DNA of 64,000 bases from Bacillota bacterium (lineage in GTDB: Bacteria > Bacillota > Clostridia > Lachnospirales > Lachnospiraceae): the NCBI GenBank assembly GCA_023436225.1, contig JAEZKA010000072.1, forward strand, positions 406 through 64,405, written 5' to 3'. Made by a program: the position numbers and the translations under genes. Shown here piece after piece: positions 1-10,878 of this stretch. How positions within the stretch are numbered: position 1 is the stretch's first letter; every line of letters begins with the position of its first letter. The notes under the pieces are model-generated. The model searched no databases. It saw nothing but the letters and a program-made list of their open reading frames with translations, and was not told the origin of the DNA.

Positions 1-15
1 TACTTAGCTTTTGCT

Positions 16-135
16 TTATCGACAGGTTTTCTGTACTACTGGATGCCAGGGGAGGAAATCTTCCAGAAATTCTGGATACTGCCTGAATGGTACACCCGGT
101 AAATCACCAAGAATTAATTTCAGATATTTCCGTAA
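16..135 (-). pseudogene. IS66-family transposase C-terminal remnant
   Basis: Minus strand reads LRKYLKLILGDLPGVPFRQYPEFLEDFLPWHPVVQKTCR*, resembling the YL..LP..L..LPW C-terminus of IS66 TnpC; no start codon or N-terminal part. Confidence 0.55.
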
Positions 136-175
136 CAGTTACCAATGGTGGCAGCTTCATAATAAACAAAATAAT

Positions 176-1945
176 TTAGTACACTCTTATCTCAAATATT
201 CGTGCATGCCGATCACCGTTTGTTGCTAATACATTTACCACAATTTTATCACACGCTACCGGTTTTTCCAATTTGTGAACCTTAAATCTGTAGTAATTAT
301 CAGAAACCTTTTCCGTATACACCTGCTTACCATTCAGATAAAAAACTAATTCATATTCCTTAACCAACTCAGGAGGTATCCCTGGGACCTGTTTTAATTG
401 GGTTCGGTGGGACATAGATAACATTATCTCCTTACTCAGATTAGAGTCAAATTTAAGGTGGATTTCTTTAACATTGATTTCTGAATCAAATGCTAGGCTC
501 AGCCATTCTCCGCCCGAAGCCATTTCTTCAGAAATCCAGCAGTTGGACTGTTCTTTTACCCTCCTGGATATACCGTTTGTTACATTTTCACAGTTGCTGC
601 CTTCTATAGCGGAAGAGCATACTATTTTAGCGGCTTTTGCAATATCCGACTCATCCTCATTCTTGAATCCCGGAATATAAAAGTCATCCTTCAAAAGTTT
701 TTGCTGTAATTCCTTGATATATAACGATACTTCAGACGGGATTAATCCTTTTTCAATTGCAATAGCTCCTGCAGTTCCCACAGCTTGCCCAACCACAGAA
801 CAGGTAGCCATAACCCGGGTTGATCCGAAGGCCATATGGGAAGTACTTATGGCTCTTCCGGCAAGCATCAGATTTTTAATGTCCTTTGAATATAGGCTTC
901 TATACGGAATCGTGTATACATTGTCCAAATGGATAAAGTCGGTGGGTTCGAGCTTTGTTTTCAATCCCCCCGCAATATGCATATCCATGGGCCAGCCTCC
1001 ATAAGCTACTGCATCCTCAAAAATTTTTCCCTCAAGTAGATCTTGTTCCTTTAGTATATAGTCGCCTTTAATTCTTCTGCTTTCTCGTTTTCCAGGTAAA
1101 AATCCTACCCAGTCAAGTACAAAATTATCTGCTTTGTGATCTCCATTGTTTTTAATATGATCCCATACTCCATAAACAGCCTTAAGAAGCTCATCTCTAA
1201 TCACTTCACCATCAGCGACAACATCCAAACCGTCTCCGCCCAGCTCGATCCACCAGTAACCGTAGGTTATTTCTTCATGACCTCTGAATGCCAAATCCTC
1301 CTCCGTATAACTATTGGCCCAAAAAGGTTTCTCAAACGGTACAGCTTTTCCTGCATCAACCGCTTTAAATAACAGGGTATTTCCCATAGTTACGCTATCT
1401 GATTCATCCGGAGCAAATCGTTCACCGAACACCGATTTTCCTTCACGGCCGGACATATACGCAGCACCCGCTAAATAAGCCAGGGTACCGTCGCCTGTAG
1501 CATCTACAAATATTTTTGCTTCTATTTCAAAAGTCTTCTCGGTGGTAAGCTGATTAGCTGTTATTTTCTTTATCTCACCGTTTTCTGTTACAACATCTGT
1601 CATGTGAGTATTAAGATAAAGGTCAAGTCCCTCTTGAAAACGGCACTTTTCCCATAGAACCGTATCAAAAATAGAGAATGAGTACTGTGGATTCCTTCTC
1701 CTGTTTTCAAGCAGTATTTCCTCCAGAATACCAGTCTCTCTTGAATCGGGTCTGTGGCCATGAGAATCTGCGCCACATATATGCATCCTTATTTCCGAGC
1801 TGGCATTTCCACCCAGCACAGGGCGATTTTGAATTAATGCGGTTTTAGCATTGTGTCTGGCCGCTGAAATTGCGGCACATACCCCTGACATACCTCCGCC
1901 CACGATTACTATGTCATACTTTTTTAGGATTGCCTTCTTATCCAT
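176..1945 (-). CDS. FAD-dependent oxidoreductase with a C-terminal F5/8-like beta-sandwich domain
   Basis: GGGMSG Rossmann motif, GGNASSE, DATGDG, GKRESRR and STRVMATC motifs; ATG at 1945 preceded by GGAGG. Confidence 0.85.
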   Translation of the reverse strand: MDKKAILKKYDIVIVGGGMSGVCAAISAARHNAKTALIQNRPVLGGNASSEIRMHICGADSHGHRPDSRETGILEEILLENRRRNPQYSFSIFDTVLWEKCRFQEGLDLYLNTHMTDVVTENGEIKKITANQLTTEKTFEIEAKIFVDATGDGTLAYLAGAAYMSGREGKSVFGERFAPDESDSVTMGNTLLFKAVDAGKAVPFEKPFWANSYTEEDLAFRGHEEITYGYWWIELGGDGLDVVADGEVIRDELLKAVYGVWDHIKNNGDHKADNFVLDWVGFLPGKRESRRIKGDYILKEQDLLEGKIFEDAVAYGGWPMDMHIAGGLKTKLEPTDFIHLDNVYTIPYRSLYSKDIKNLMLAGRAISTSHMAFGSTRVMATCSVVGQAVGTAGAIAIEKGLIPSEVSLYIKELQQKLLKDDFYIPGFKNEDESDIAKAAKIVCSSAIEGSNCENVTNGISRRVKEQSNCWISEEMASGGEWLSLAFDSEINVKEIHLKFDSNLSKEIMLSMSHRTQLKQVPGIPPELVKEYELVFYLNGKQVYTEKVSDNYYRFKVHKLEKPVACDKIVVNVLATNGDRHARIFEIRVY

Positions 1946-2108
1946 TTTGGTACCTCCAAATTTAATTGTTTCTATATAGCAATTATACTCGAAACTGAAA
2001 CACAACACCTTAAAAACACTGTAGTTAATCTTAAAAATTCTGCAGACTTATTGATGAAAAAGAATAAATAAGTTAGAATAATAGTTAATAATGAAGGGAG
2101 ATTACAAA

Positions 2109-3014
2109 ATGCCAAAGCACGCTTATTCGGTATTATCTGATTATCTGAAGCAAATTTCTTCCGACTTTAATATTCATATATGTATCAATGATTTCTCAGG
2201 CTTTATGTTTTTGGATAGCGAGCTGACGGAACTTCTTCAACCCTTTATGATCCACGGGAATCCTTACTGTATGATGATAAAGTCGGATAAGTTCCTTTGG
2301 GATAAATGTCAGAGAATGAAAAAACCAATTGCAGAAAAATGCAGGGTACAAAAGAGTACTTTTTATGGAATGTGTTATGCAGGTGTTGAAGAATATATCG
2401 TTCCTATCTTATATAATGGTCAACTAATCGGTACCATAAATGCAGGTGTTTTCTGTTCACATAGTAAAGTAGGTGAACGGTTTGTTAAGAGAGTTTCACA
2501 GTCTTCTAAATTAAATGAATCCATCCTACTGAAGTTGTATGCTACATCATTAAATACAAACACACCTGAGATAGAAAAAATAAATAGTCTTTTGGGTATT
2601 GCTGCAGAGTATATATCAAGAATTTACTATGATTTTTCATTGTCTTATCCGGAATTGATGAACAATACCAAATACAACTCAAGTGAAGATAATATCTTAA
2701 GTCATACTCTTGAGTATGTCAAAAGAAATTATAAAAAACAGGTATCTGTGCCTGACATAGCCCGTTTTTGCCATTGCAGTGTATCTTATATAAATCATAT
2801 TTTTAAAAAGAAAATGAAGGTTAATATAAAACTATATATAAATCAGCTTAGAGTAGAAGATGCTAAGACATATCTCACGGGAACCGACTTGCCTGTGAAA
2901 ACAATTTCATCCTGTATAGGATTTAATGATTCTAACTACTTTTGTAAAGTGTTTTCAGAAATATGTGGATTATCACCAACTCAATTCAGAAAAGAGAAGA
3001 AACCGGTCATATAG
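2109..3014 (+). CDS. AraC-family regulator with PocR-type sensor domain
   Basis: N-terminal HGNPYC..CYAGVEEYIVPI; C-terminal AraC HTH (GFNDSNYFCKVF..GLSPTQFR); divergent from the oxidoreductase. Confidence 0.85.
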   Translation: MPKHAYSVLSDYLKQISSDFNIHICINDFSGFMFLDSELTELLQPFMIHGNPYCMMIKSDKFLWDKCQRMKKPIAEKCRVQKSTFYGMCYAGVEEYIVPILYNGQLIGTINAGVFCSHSKVGERFVKRVSQSSKLNESILLKLYATSLNTNTPEIEKINSLLGIAAEYISRIYYDFSLSYPELMNNTKYNSSEDNILSHTLEYVKRNYKKQVSVPDIARFCHCSVSYINHIFKKKMKVNIKLYINQLRVEDAKTYLTGTDLPVKTISSCIGFNDSNYFCKVFSEICGLSPTQFRKEKKPVI

Positions 3015-3214
3015 TGAAAATTATCAACATTGCAGAGGACTACATAAATTACTGCAGAAAAATCAATGCCCAATAAACAAAATTCAATTAATATAGAAAT
3101 ATACCAAAAAGAATTGGAAATATGAGGAGTAATGATGCAGACAGAAGCGGGCAAGTAATGAATTTAATCAAATTTACAACGTTAATTCAACAATTTTTGC
3201 GAAAAGGGATTTAA

Positions 3215-3661
3215 AGAAAACAAGTCAGAAAAAGGAGAAGCGAATATAACAACAGTGTTATTTGATGACAAGGTGGAGATGATTAACCAACGGTTGTCCA
3301 TACAGGAAGTTAAAGAAATGACGGATAAGGAATATTATGTAGGTGGTTGTACGGCCTTACTGGATGCCATTGGCCAGACAATTACTACATGGGGAATGTT
3401 CAGAAATATGCAAAAGAAGAGGACAAAGCCGGCAAGGTTCTCTTTGTCATTACAACAGATGGCTATGAGAATTCCTGCAAGGAATATTCCTATGATACAA
3501 TTAGAAAAATGATTCATCGTCAGAAGGAACGTTACAAATGGGAGTTTATCTTCCTGGGAGCAAATATTGATGCCGTTGAAACTGCGAGGCTGGTCTGCAT
3601 TTCTGAAGAGTATGCAACCAACTATATTGCGGATTCCGTTGGCACGGAACTGAATTATTAG
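3215..3661 (+). pseudogene. vWA-domain protein, N-terminally truncated and frameshifted
   Basis: Frames 3255-3512 (TVLFDD..GCTALLDAIG) and 3347-3661 (VITTDGYENS..FIFLGAN) join near 3385; the N-terminal DxSGS motif is missing. Confidence 0.75.
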
Positions 3662-4031
3662 TAGATCAGCTTGTCAAGGTGGATATTCGCTTTGCGGATA
3701 AAGAGAAGTGTGTAAAGTTGCAGTTGTGGAAATATGATTCAACCTATTTCGCAAGGAATGGTAAGGTAAATCAAAATGGAGCTACATTTAGTCCATGTAT
3801 GCTAATCGAAAATAACTTGTTTGGCATTAGGAAAGCAACGATATACAGAATATGCAATACTATGTTTGCATATATGATGAAGCAATTGTGCCTTTGATTT
3901 ACAGAGATTTAACTTACGATTTCCGGTTTTATGCTATAATAAGAATATAGAATGCATGCGACAAGAGTGTTAGTTAATTCGGATTAAAACGTGTATTATT
4001 TTGACAACATAAACAGGAGGGGATAATTATT

Positions 4032-5261
4032 ATGAAGTTGAGCAAAGAAGAGCGTTCTTGGGTATTATATGATTGTGGTAATTCGGCGTATTCCATGGCG
4101 GTAACTACTGCCTTGCTCCCGATTATTTTCGGAATGTTCGATAATGTTAAAAGCAGTATGGATCTGGGGTATTTTAATTCCATTGCAAGTATATTGATTG
4201 CAATTCTCAGCCCAATCCTCGGAACGATTGCGGATTATAAGGATAAGAAAAAGCGCTTTTTCATTTTCTTTGCCGCCTTGGGCGTGCTCGCTACTGCAGC
4301 CCTTGCTTTTATATCCCCGGCAAGCGGTCAATGGCAGCTTTTAGTCCTATTCTTTGTTCTGTCAGCCATCGGTTTTGCAGGCTCTAATATATTTTATGAT
4401 TCCTTTCTGGTGGATATCTCCAGCGATGAAAGGATGGATAAAGTTTCTACCAGAGGCTTTGCTTTTGGGTACATATCCAGTGTTATTCCATTCGGTATCA
4501 GCCTTGTACTGATCTTCCTTGTAGGAATGGATAAGGCCATCGGTTATCAGATAGGATTCATCATTACCGCGCTTTGGTGGGGATTGCTCACACTTCCTAT
4601 GATTAAGGACGTAAAGCAGAGACACTATATCGAACCGGAACCCCGGCCGGTGTTCAACAGTTTTAAGAGGCTGGTAGACACCTTTAAGAACATCCGTCAT
4701 CACAAAAACGTATTTTTATTCCTTTTGGCCTATTTTTTCTATATTGACGGAGTAGATACTATTATAAAGATGGTGGTCCCTTATGCCACCTCAGTATTGG
4801 GAACGAATTCACTCGATACCTTTACTTTGCTTGGAATTCTACTTGTGATACAGATTATTGCCTTCCCCTGTGCGCTTCTCTATGGTAATTTGGCGAAGAA
4901 ATTTTCAACCGGAACCATGCTTATCGTTGGTATCGTTACTTATATCATTTCCTGTATCGCAGCATTCTTCATCTCCTCTGTATGGCATATCTTTGTATTA
5001 GGAGCGATGATTGGTTCGGCTCAGGGAGGTATTCAAGCACTCAGCAGATCCTATTATGCGAAGATTGTACCAAAGGAGAAGTCCAACGAATTCTTTGGCT
5101 TTTATAATATATTTGGTAAATTTGCAGCGATTATCGGACCGGCAGTAATGTCTCTGACTACTACACTTACCGGTAATGCCAAGCTAAGCATCCTGGCTAT
5201 CATACCGTTGTTTATCATTGGACTTGTGATTTTTATTAATATTAGTGTGGAAAGGAAATAA
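4032..5261 (+). CDS. MFS transporter, UMF1/ATG22-like
   Basis: SWVLYDCGNSAY start, about 12 hydrophobic segments, QALSRSYY and EFFGFY motifs. Confidence 0.85.
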   Translation: MKLSKEERSWVLYDCGNSAYSMAVTTALLPIIFGMFDNVKSSMDLGYFNSIASILIAILSPILGTIADYKDKKKRFFIFFAALGVLATAALAFISPASGQWQLLVLFFVLSAIGFAGSNIFYDSFLVDISSDERMDKVSTRGFAFGYISSVIPFGISLVLIFLVGMDKAIGYQIGFIITALWWGLLTLPMIKDVKQRHYIEPEPRPVFNSFKRLVDTFKNIRHHKNVFLFLLAYFFYIDGVDTIIKMVVPYATSVLGTNSLDTFTLLGILLVIQIIAFPCALLYGNLAKKFSTGTMLIVGIVTYIISCIAAFFISSVWHIFVLGAMIGSAQGGIQALSRSYYAKIVPKEKSNEFFGFYNIFGKFAAIIGPAVMSLTTTLTGNAKLSILAIIPLFIIGLVIFINISVERK

Positions 5262-5271
5262 TAGCGTGGAG

Positions 5272-6558
5272 ATGAAGACGGGTATTGCAAAGCATTTAAT
5301 CGTAATATCTTATGATGCCTTTTCTGTGGATCAATGGGAGCGGGCTAGAAGTCTCCCCAATCTTTCAAAATTAATCAATAACGGGGCATACACCACGAAT
5401 CTGACCAGTGTGTATCCGACGCTTACGTACGTAGTACACGCAACGATGGTAACCGGTGTCTATCCAGAGAAGCATGGTGTGTTTCATAATAATCCCTTTC
5501 AACCCTTTGTCGGGGAGAAGGAACAGAGCTGGTTCTGGTACCGGAGCGACCTTAAGGTACCGGCGATCTACGATAAGCTTAAGAGGCATCATATGACCTC
5601 AGCCGGGATATTATGGCCGGTGACCGGAAAAGCTTCCATTGACTATAACATTCCGGAGATCCGTGCAATCGGTAATGAGAATCAGGCATTAAAGATCCTG
5701 AAGAACGGTAGCCCCTTCTATAGCATCCGAATGGAGAAGAAATTCGGAAGCATTCGAAAAGGAATTAAGCAACCCTATCTTGATGACTTTACGACAAAGT
5801 GCGCACTGGATACGATTCGCCGTAAAAAGCCGAATCTTATGCTGATACATCTGATTGATTTGGATGATACCAAGCATGAATACGGTACAGATGGCGATGA
5901 AATTGATCAGACCTTGCTTCGAATGGATCGAAGAATTGGAGATATCATGAAGGCTGCAACAGAAGCCGGAATCTATGATGATACAATTTTTATGGTAATT
6001 GGAGACCACGGTCAGTTGGATGTTCGCTATAAGGTTAAGCTCAATCTGTTACTTAAGGAAAATGGACTGATCTATGAAGAAAGCGGTGAGCTTAGATGGA
6101 GAGCTTATGTCCAATGTGCGGGAGGAGCTGCCTATCTTCATATTAAAGACGGTGATATAGACGCCGAGAGAAGAGTACTTTCTATTCTGGAAGAGGCGAA
6201 GAAGACCGACAGCTATGGAATAGAGTGCTTATATAATGCTGTTGAGATGAAAGAGCAGCACGCTTACCCTTGTACTTCCTATATGCTGGAAGCGAAGGCA
6301 GGATATTGCTTTGATGAGGACTTGGAGGGAGAAGTGATTACAGATCTTTCAACGCTCGGTATGAAGTATGCAACCCATGGTTATTCACCGAATAAGCCGA
6401 ATTATAGCTGCAATCTGGTTGTCTCAGGAGCTGCTGTGAAGAAACAATATAAGCTTAGCGAAGCAAGGATGATAGATATCGCACCTACCATGGCTAAGAT
6501 TTTGGGGGTTGAATTCGGTCCATGCGACGGTAAGGCTTTGAATGAACTGTTTTTATAG
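5272..6558 (+). CDS. Alkaline phosphatase superfamily nucleotide pyrophosphatase/phosphodiesterase
   Basis: ISYDA, SVYPTLTYVVHATMVTG, DDTKH, GDHG and HGY motifs. Confidence 0.85.
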   Translation: MKTGIAKHLIVISYDAFSVDQWERARSLPNLSKLINNGAYTTNLTSVYPTLTYVVHATMVTGVYPEKHGVFHNNPFQPFVGEKEQSWFWYRSDLKVPAIYDKLKRHHMTSAGILWPVTGKASIDYNIPEIRAIGNENQALKILKNGSPFYSIRMEKKFGSIRKGIKQPYLDDFTTKCALDTIRRKKPNLMLIHLIDLDDTKHEYGTDGDEIDQTLLRMDRRIGDIMKAATEAGIYDDTIFMVIGDHGQLDVRYKVKLNLLLKENGLIYEESGELRWRAYVQCAGGAAYLHIKDGDIDAERRVLSILEEAKKTDSYGIECLYNAVEMKEQHAYPCTSYMLEAKAGYCFDEDLEGEVITDLSTLGMKYATHGYSPNKPNYSCNLVVSGAAVKKQYKLSEARMIDIAPTMAKILGVEFGPCDGKALNELFL

Positions 6559-6599
6559 AAAAAGTCCTATGAAAACAGATACAAAAACAACAATCAGAC

Positions 6600-6646
6600 A
6601 AAGACACTTCGATATTGGTAGTAATACCAGAGCGGAGTGTCTTTTT
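6600..6646 (+). terminator. Probable intrinsic terminator
   Basis: AAAGACACTTCG...CGGAGTGTCTTT stem followed by a T-run, downstream of the phosphodiesterase. Confidence 0.6.
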
Positions 6647-6883
6647 GTTAGCCCGGCATTGGAGCGTTCTAACGGGTTAATGTCCCGAGTGGGTATGGAT
6701 AAGTTTGATATACCCTCATTTATAGAATAATAAACATAAAAGGTTGTGAAGCTCATGATATGAGTTTTTATATAGCCTTTCCGGTGTTACGGACTATATA
6801 CCGGTTTTGTACTATCTATATTTTCCAAAAGAGAAAAAAGTCCTCGAAATTAATATTTGTCTATGTTATAATGTACACGTGAA

Positions 6884-7146
6884 GCAGATTAGTCCATGTA
6901 ATTTAATACATTTATCAAGCTTGCTTGAATAAATGTATTAAATTACATGGATAAGTGCAACGTGAACGAAAGGACGAAGTCCTTGAGTTCCTAATCTGCG
7001 AAACATGATATACGTAAGAGGCGGAGTTATCAAGCTTGCTTGAATAAATGTATTAAATTACATGGATAAGTGCAACGTGAACAGTGTAACCTGCGGTTAC
7101 ACGAAGGACGCAGTCCTTGAGTTCCTAATCTGTGTAAACATGATAT
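6884..7146. repeat. Palindromic element plus a partial direct-repeat copy
   Basis: Perfect 23-bp inverted repeat 6893-6915/6929-6951; segment about 6912-7011 repeated at about 7027-7146 with an extra hairpin inserted. Confidence 0.9.
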
Positions 7147-7204
7147 AATGAGAGCATAATAAGGATACATAATTGCAATATCACAATTAAATGGAGATTA
7201 ATCT

Positions 7205-7606
7205 ATGTTAAACACGAATAAAGTCAGGCTAATGACGAAGCTTGCCCTCTATGAGACTAAGGAGGGAAAAGAGGATATACGTCTTAGTAAATATTATAAA
7301 AATGATTACGTAAGATACCAGGTAATTAAATCAATTATCAGTGCGACGGTCGGTTATGGGTTGATTCTACTCTTGATTTTCATATATAAATCGGAAAATC
7401 TGATACGTAATGCGGTAACCTTAAATTATAAGGTAATAGGTACTTATATTTTGGGAATCTATATCATTGTAATTGCAATCTACGGTTTAGGCGCATTAGC
7501 GGGATATTCCATTAAATATGATATGTCACGTAAGAAATTATCCCGTTATTATAAGCTTTTAAAGCGCTTAAATAAGATCTATAATGAGGAGACACCTGAG
7601 TCTTAA
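7205..7606 (+). CDS. Hypothetical membrane protein (2 TM)
   Basis: 133-aa ORF with GGAG RBS and two hydrophobic segments; first gene of the cdaA run. Confidence 0.75.
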   Translation: MLNTNKVRLMTKLALYETKEGKEDIRLSKYYKNDYVRYQVIKSIISATVGYGLILLLIFIYKSENLIRNAVTLNYKVIGTYILGIYIIVIAIYGLGALAGYSIKYDMSRKKLSRYYKLLKRLNKIYNEETPES

Positions 7607-7624
7607 GGTTTGGAGGAAATTATT

Positions 7625-8710
7625 ATGATGCCATTATTGGTATTTAGAGAACGAGTAAAGAGTTTTTATCAAAGACATGATATATATATTAACCCGGCAG
7701 TTAAATTTATTTTTGCATTAATTTCGTTTATCGCGATTAATCAGGAAATTGGATTTGATTCCAGACTGAAATCGTTACCTGTGGTATTAGCATTAGCTTT
7801 GCTTAGTGCCTTTACCCCTTCCGCGATTATGGTTCTGATCGCAACCTTCATGGCTGCGCTGCATGTGTATTATGCCTCACCGATTTTGTCTATTTTGGTG
7901 ATAATACTCTTCATGATCATTTATTTTCTGTTTGCAAGATTTACACCTCGGTATGGATATGTGGTATTAGCGATTCCGATTTTATATTTTTTAAAAATCC
8001 CCTATGTGATGCCGATTCTACTGGGAATTATAGCGAGTCCGGTGGCCATTGTATCAAGCGTGTGCGGTGTGTTGGTATACTATATTCTTCAACTGGTGAA
8101 GACGGCGGTGAATGTTCAGGTTAATCCTTCCGTGGATGATGTATTGAAGTTGTATACGGATGTAATCGACGGACTGATGAGCAATAAACAAATGATAATG
8201 ACAATAGTAATTTTTACTGCCATTATACTGGTTGTTTATTATGTTAGAAGAATGAAGTTTGACTACGCATTTGAAATATCAATTGCAGCCGGTGCCTTAA
8301 CTAGTGTATTGGGATTTTTGATTAGTGACATTATATTAGATAAATCAGAGCAGATTCTTGCAATGATATTGGGAACTATAGTGTCGGGTGCTATCGTCTA
8401 TGTTGTACAATTCTTTAAGCTTACACTGGATTATTCCGGAGTCGAGCATGCCCAGTTTGAGGATGATGTTTATTACTACTATGTTAAAGCGGTACCTAAG
8501 GTAACCATAACAACACCTCAGATGAAGGTAAAGCATATTAATGTTAAGAATGTCTCACAGGAGGTAGTAAAAACGAGTTATCGTCATCAAAATACAGAGG
8601 AAGAGGAATATGATGAGGATGAGGATGCTTATTTCGATAATGATAGTTTAGAGAATTTCAAGTATGACAATACGATGAAAGAAAATCGAAAGAATAGGAT
8701 GGACGAGTAA
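7625..8710 (+). CDS. Hypothetical polytopic membrane protein with acidic C-terminal tail
   Basis: GGAGG RBS, many TM segments, QFEDDVYYYYVKAVPK motif, acidic tail. Confidence 0.8.
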   Translation: MMPLLVFRERVKSFYQRHDIYINPAVKFIFALISFIAINQEIGFDSRLKSLPVVLALALLSAFTPSAIMVLIATFMAALHVYYASPILSILVIILFMIIYFLFARFTPRYGYVVLAIPILYFLKIPYVMPILLGIIASPVAIVSSVCGVLVYYILQLVKTAVNVQVNPSVDDVLKLYTDVIDGLMSNKQMIMTIVIFTAIILVVYYVRRMKFDYAFEISIAAGALTSVLGFLISDIILDKSEQILAMILGTIVSGAIVYVVQFFKLTLDYSGVEHAQFEDDVYYYYVKAVPKVTITTPQMKVKHINVKNVSQEVVKTSYRHQNTEEEEYDEDEDAYFDNDSLENFKYDNTMKENRKNRMDE

Positions 8711-8766
8711 AACAATAGAAAGCATGCTTTCCATTGGAACAAGTATTGGGGTAGGAGAGAGGGTAA

Positions 8767-9645
8767 ATGGAGACAATCAGAAACTTAATCAGAGAATATT
8801 CTGTGTGGATTTCGATTCCGAAAATCTACCTGACAGATATCATTGAAATAATTATTCTTGCGTTCCTGATTTATAATGTCATTAAGTGGATCAAGAATAC
8901 AAGAGCTTGGGCATTAGTTAAGGGTCTGATTGTTATTATGGTTTTTTGGCTTGTAGCTGTTATTCTGGAGCTGAATGTAGTGATATGGATTATTAAGAAT
9001 ACAATTAATGTAGGAATTATAGCGATTGTAATCATATTCCAACCGGAGTTTCGTAAAGCGTTGGAGCAGCTTGGACAGAAGAATCTAGTTAAATCCTTCA
9101 TTACCTTTGATGACAGTAAGGATAAGAATGAGAAGTTTTCAGATCATACATTGAATGAGATTGTACGTGCCACCTTTGAACTGGCGAGAACAAAAACAGG
9201 GGCTTTGATCGTTATGGAAGAGGAAACACCCCTACATGATTTTGAAAGCACCGGAATCTTTATTGACAGTATGATCAGTAGTGAGCTTCTAATTAATATA
9301 TTCGAACATAATACACCTTTGCATGACGGGGCAGTAATTCTTCGGGGTAATCGAGTGGCAGCGGCCACCTGTTATCTTCCTTTATCAGATAATATGCAGC
9401 TTAGTAAGGACTTAGGTACAAGGCACAGAGCAGGAATTGGTATCAGTGAGGTATCGGATAGTCTTACAATCATTGTTTCTGAAGAGACAGGAAAGGTATC
9501 AATTGCCAAAGGAGGAAAACTAATTCGTAATGTTGATGGTGATTATCTTAGAGCGAAGCTCTTAGATATACAGCACAAATCCGCCGAACCAAAAAAGTTA
9601 AAATTGTGGAAGGGGAGAATAAAGAGTGAAAGAGAAGTTGACTAG
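8767..9645 (+). CDS. cdaA: Diadenylate cyclase CdaA (DacA)
   Basis: Three N-terminal TM helices; PLHDGA and GTRHRA catalytic motifs. Confidence 0.95.
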   Translation: METIRNLIREYSVWISIPKIYLTDIIEIIILAFLIYNVIKWIKNTRAWALVKGLIVIMVFWLVAVILELNVVIWIIKNTINVGIIAIVIIFQPEFRKALEQLGQKNLVKSFITFDDSKDKNEKFSDHTLNEIVRATFELARTKTGALIVMEEETPLHDFESTGIFIDSMISSELLINIFEHNTPLHDGAVILRGNRVAAATCYLPLSDNMQLSKDLGTRHRAGIGISEVSDSLTIIVSEETGKVSIAKGGKLIRNVDGDYLRAKLLDIQHKSAEPKKLKLWKGRIKSEREVD

Positions 9646-10858
9646 AAATATCGGCTTAAAAATTCTGTCCATTATTCTTGCCGCAATTCTATGGCTTATC
9701 ATAACGAATGTGGATGATCCTATAACCCCTGGACATTTTAATAATGTTCCTGTAAAAATATTGAATGCGGATGCTATTGATGCTATCAGTACGAGTGATA
9801 TGGTATATGAGATCGTGGAGGGCGCAACCATTGATTTTAAGTTTGCAGCGAGAAGGACGATCATAGACAATATCTCACTTTCTGATTTTGAGGTAACCGC
9901 TGATTTTGCTAAGCTTTCCGACGTGAATGCAGTTACAATAGATATTAAATGTCCCAGATACGGAGATAATGTTACGATAACAGAAGGTCTCTACCAGGTA
10001 ATGAAGATTAATTTGGAGGAACTGGTTAGCAAGAATTTTAAGGTGACGGTAGTATCCAAAGGCGAACCTGCTGAGGGATATTATATAGGAGAGAAAACGG
10101 CCAGTACAATTATCACGGTGTCTGGACCGAAAAGCAAGATTGAACGGATTAAGGAAATTGTAGCAGAAGTTAATGTAGCTGGTGCTTCAGAAACCTATAG
10201 CAGCTATGAGAAATTAAGAGCGTTTGATGAAGAGGGAGAAGAGATCAGTTCTAATCTTACCTTTAGTCCGAGCTATGTATCGATTAATGTTAAGGTATAT
10301 GAGACGAAAGAGATAAATTTAAAGATCAAAACGGTAGGAAATCCGGCTCCTGGATATACCTTAGCCGGAGTTGACTTTGAACCGAAAACCATAGAAATTG
10401 CGGGAGCAAATGATATTCTGAACAATATCACTGAATTACTGATCGAAGAGGATATCAGTAATTCTATGGATAACATCCAAAAGGAAGTTAATCTTCAGGA
10501 ACAATTAGGCGAAGGATTATTGCCGGTCGGTAATGATGAGACAGTTGTTGTTAATATTTTAATTGAGAAGGCTTCTACAAAGGAAATTACGATCTGGTCG
10601 GGAGATATTGAGGTTAAGAATCGACCTAGCAATATAGAATTAGCTTTTCTCACCGCTGGACCTATCAATGTTATGGTAACCGGTCCAGCCAGTGAATTAA
10701 AAGAGATAAGCAGACATTCCATGAAGCCATTTATTGATTTGAAGGATTATACCTATGGTACCTATGCAGTTAAACTGCAGATGGAGGGTGGAACGTTCGC
10801 AACATTAGTAGATAATCAGAATGTTAGTGTCAATTTATCAGCGGAAGGACAGCAGTGA
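9626..10858 (+). CDS. cdaR: CdaR/YbbR-domain regulator of CdaA
   Basis: KILSIILAAILW anchor, repeated YbbR-like beta domains, overlaps cdaA. Confidence 0.9.
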   Translation: MKEKLTRNIGLKILSIILAAILWLIITNVDDPITPGHFNNVPVKILNADAIDAISTSDMVYEIVEGATIDFKFAARRTIIDNISLSDFEVTADFAKLSDVNAVTIDIKCPRYGDNVTITEGLYQVMKINLEELVSKNFKVTVVSKGEPAEGYYIGEKTASTIITVSGPKSKIERIKEIVAEVNVAGASETYSSYEKLRAFDEEGEEISSNLTFSPSYVSINVKVYETKEINLKIKTVGNPAPGYTLAGVDFEPKTIEIAGANDILNNITELLIEEDISNSMDNIQKEVNLQEQLGEGLLPVGNDETVVVNILIEKASTKEITIWSGDIEVKNRPSNIELAFLTAGPINVMVTGPASELKEISRHSMKPFIDLKDYTYGTYAVKLQMEGGTFATLVDNQNVSVNLSAEGQQ

Positions 10859-10878
10859 CCAAAGATTGGAGGTATTAC

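Noticed and set aside
3679..3897. 72-aa ORF after the vWA pseudogene
   Set aside because: No RBS or recognisable motif; probably decayed or spurious
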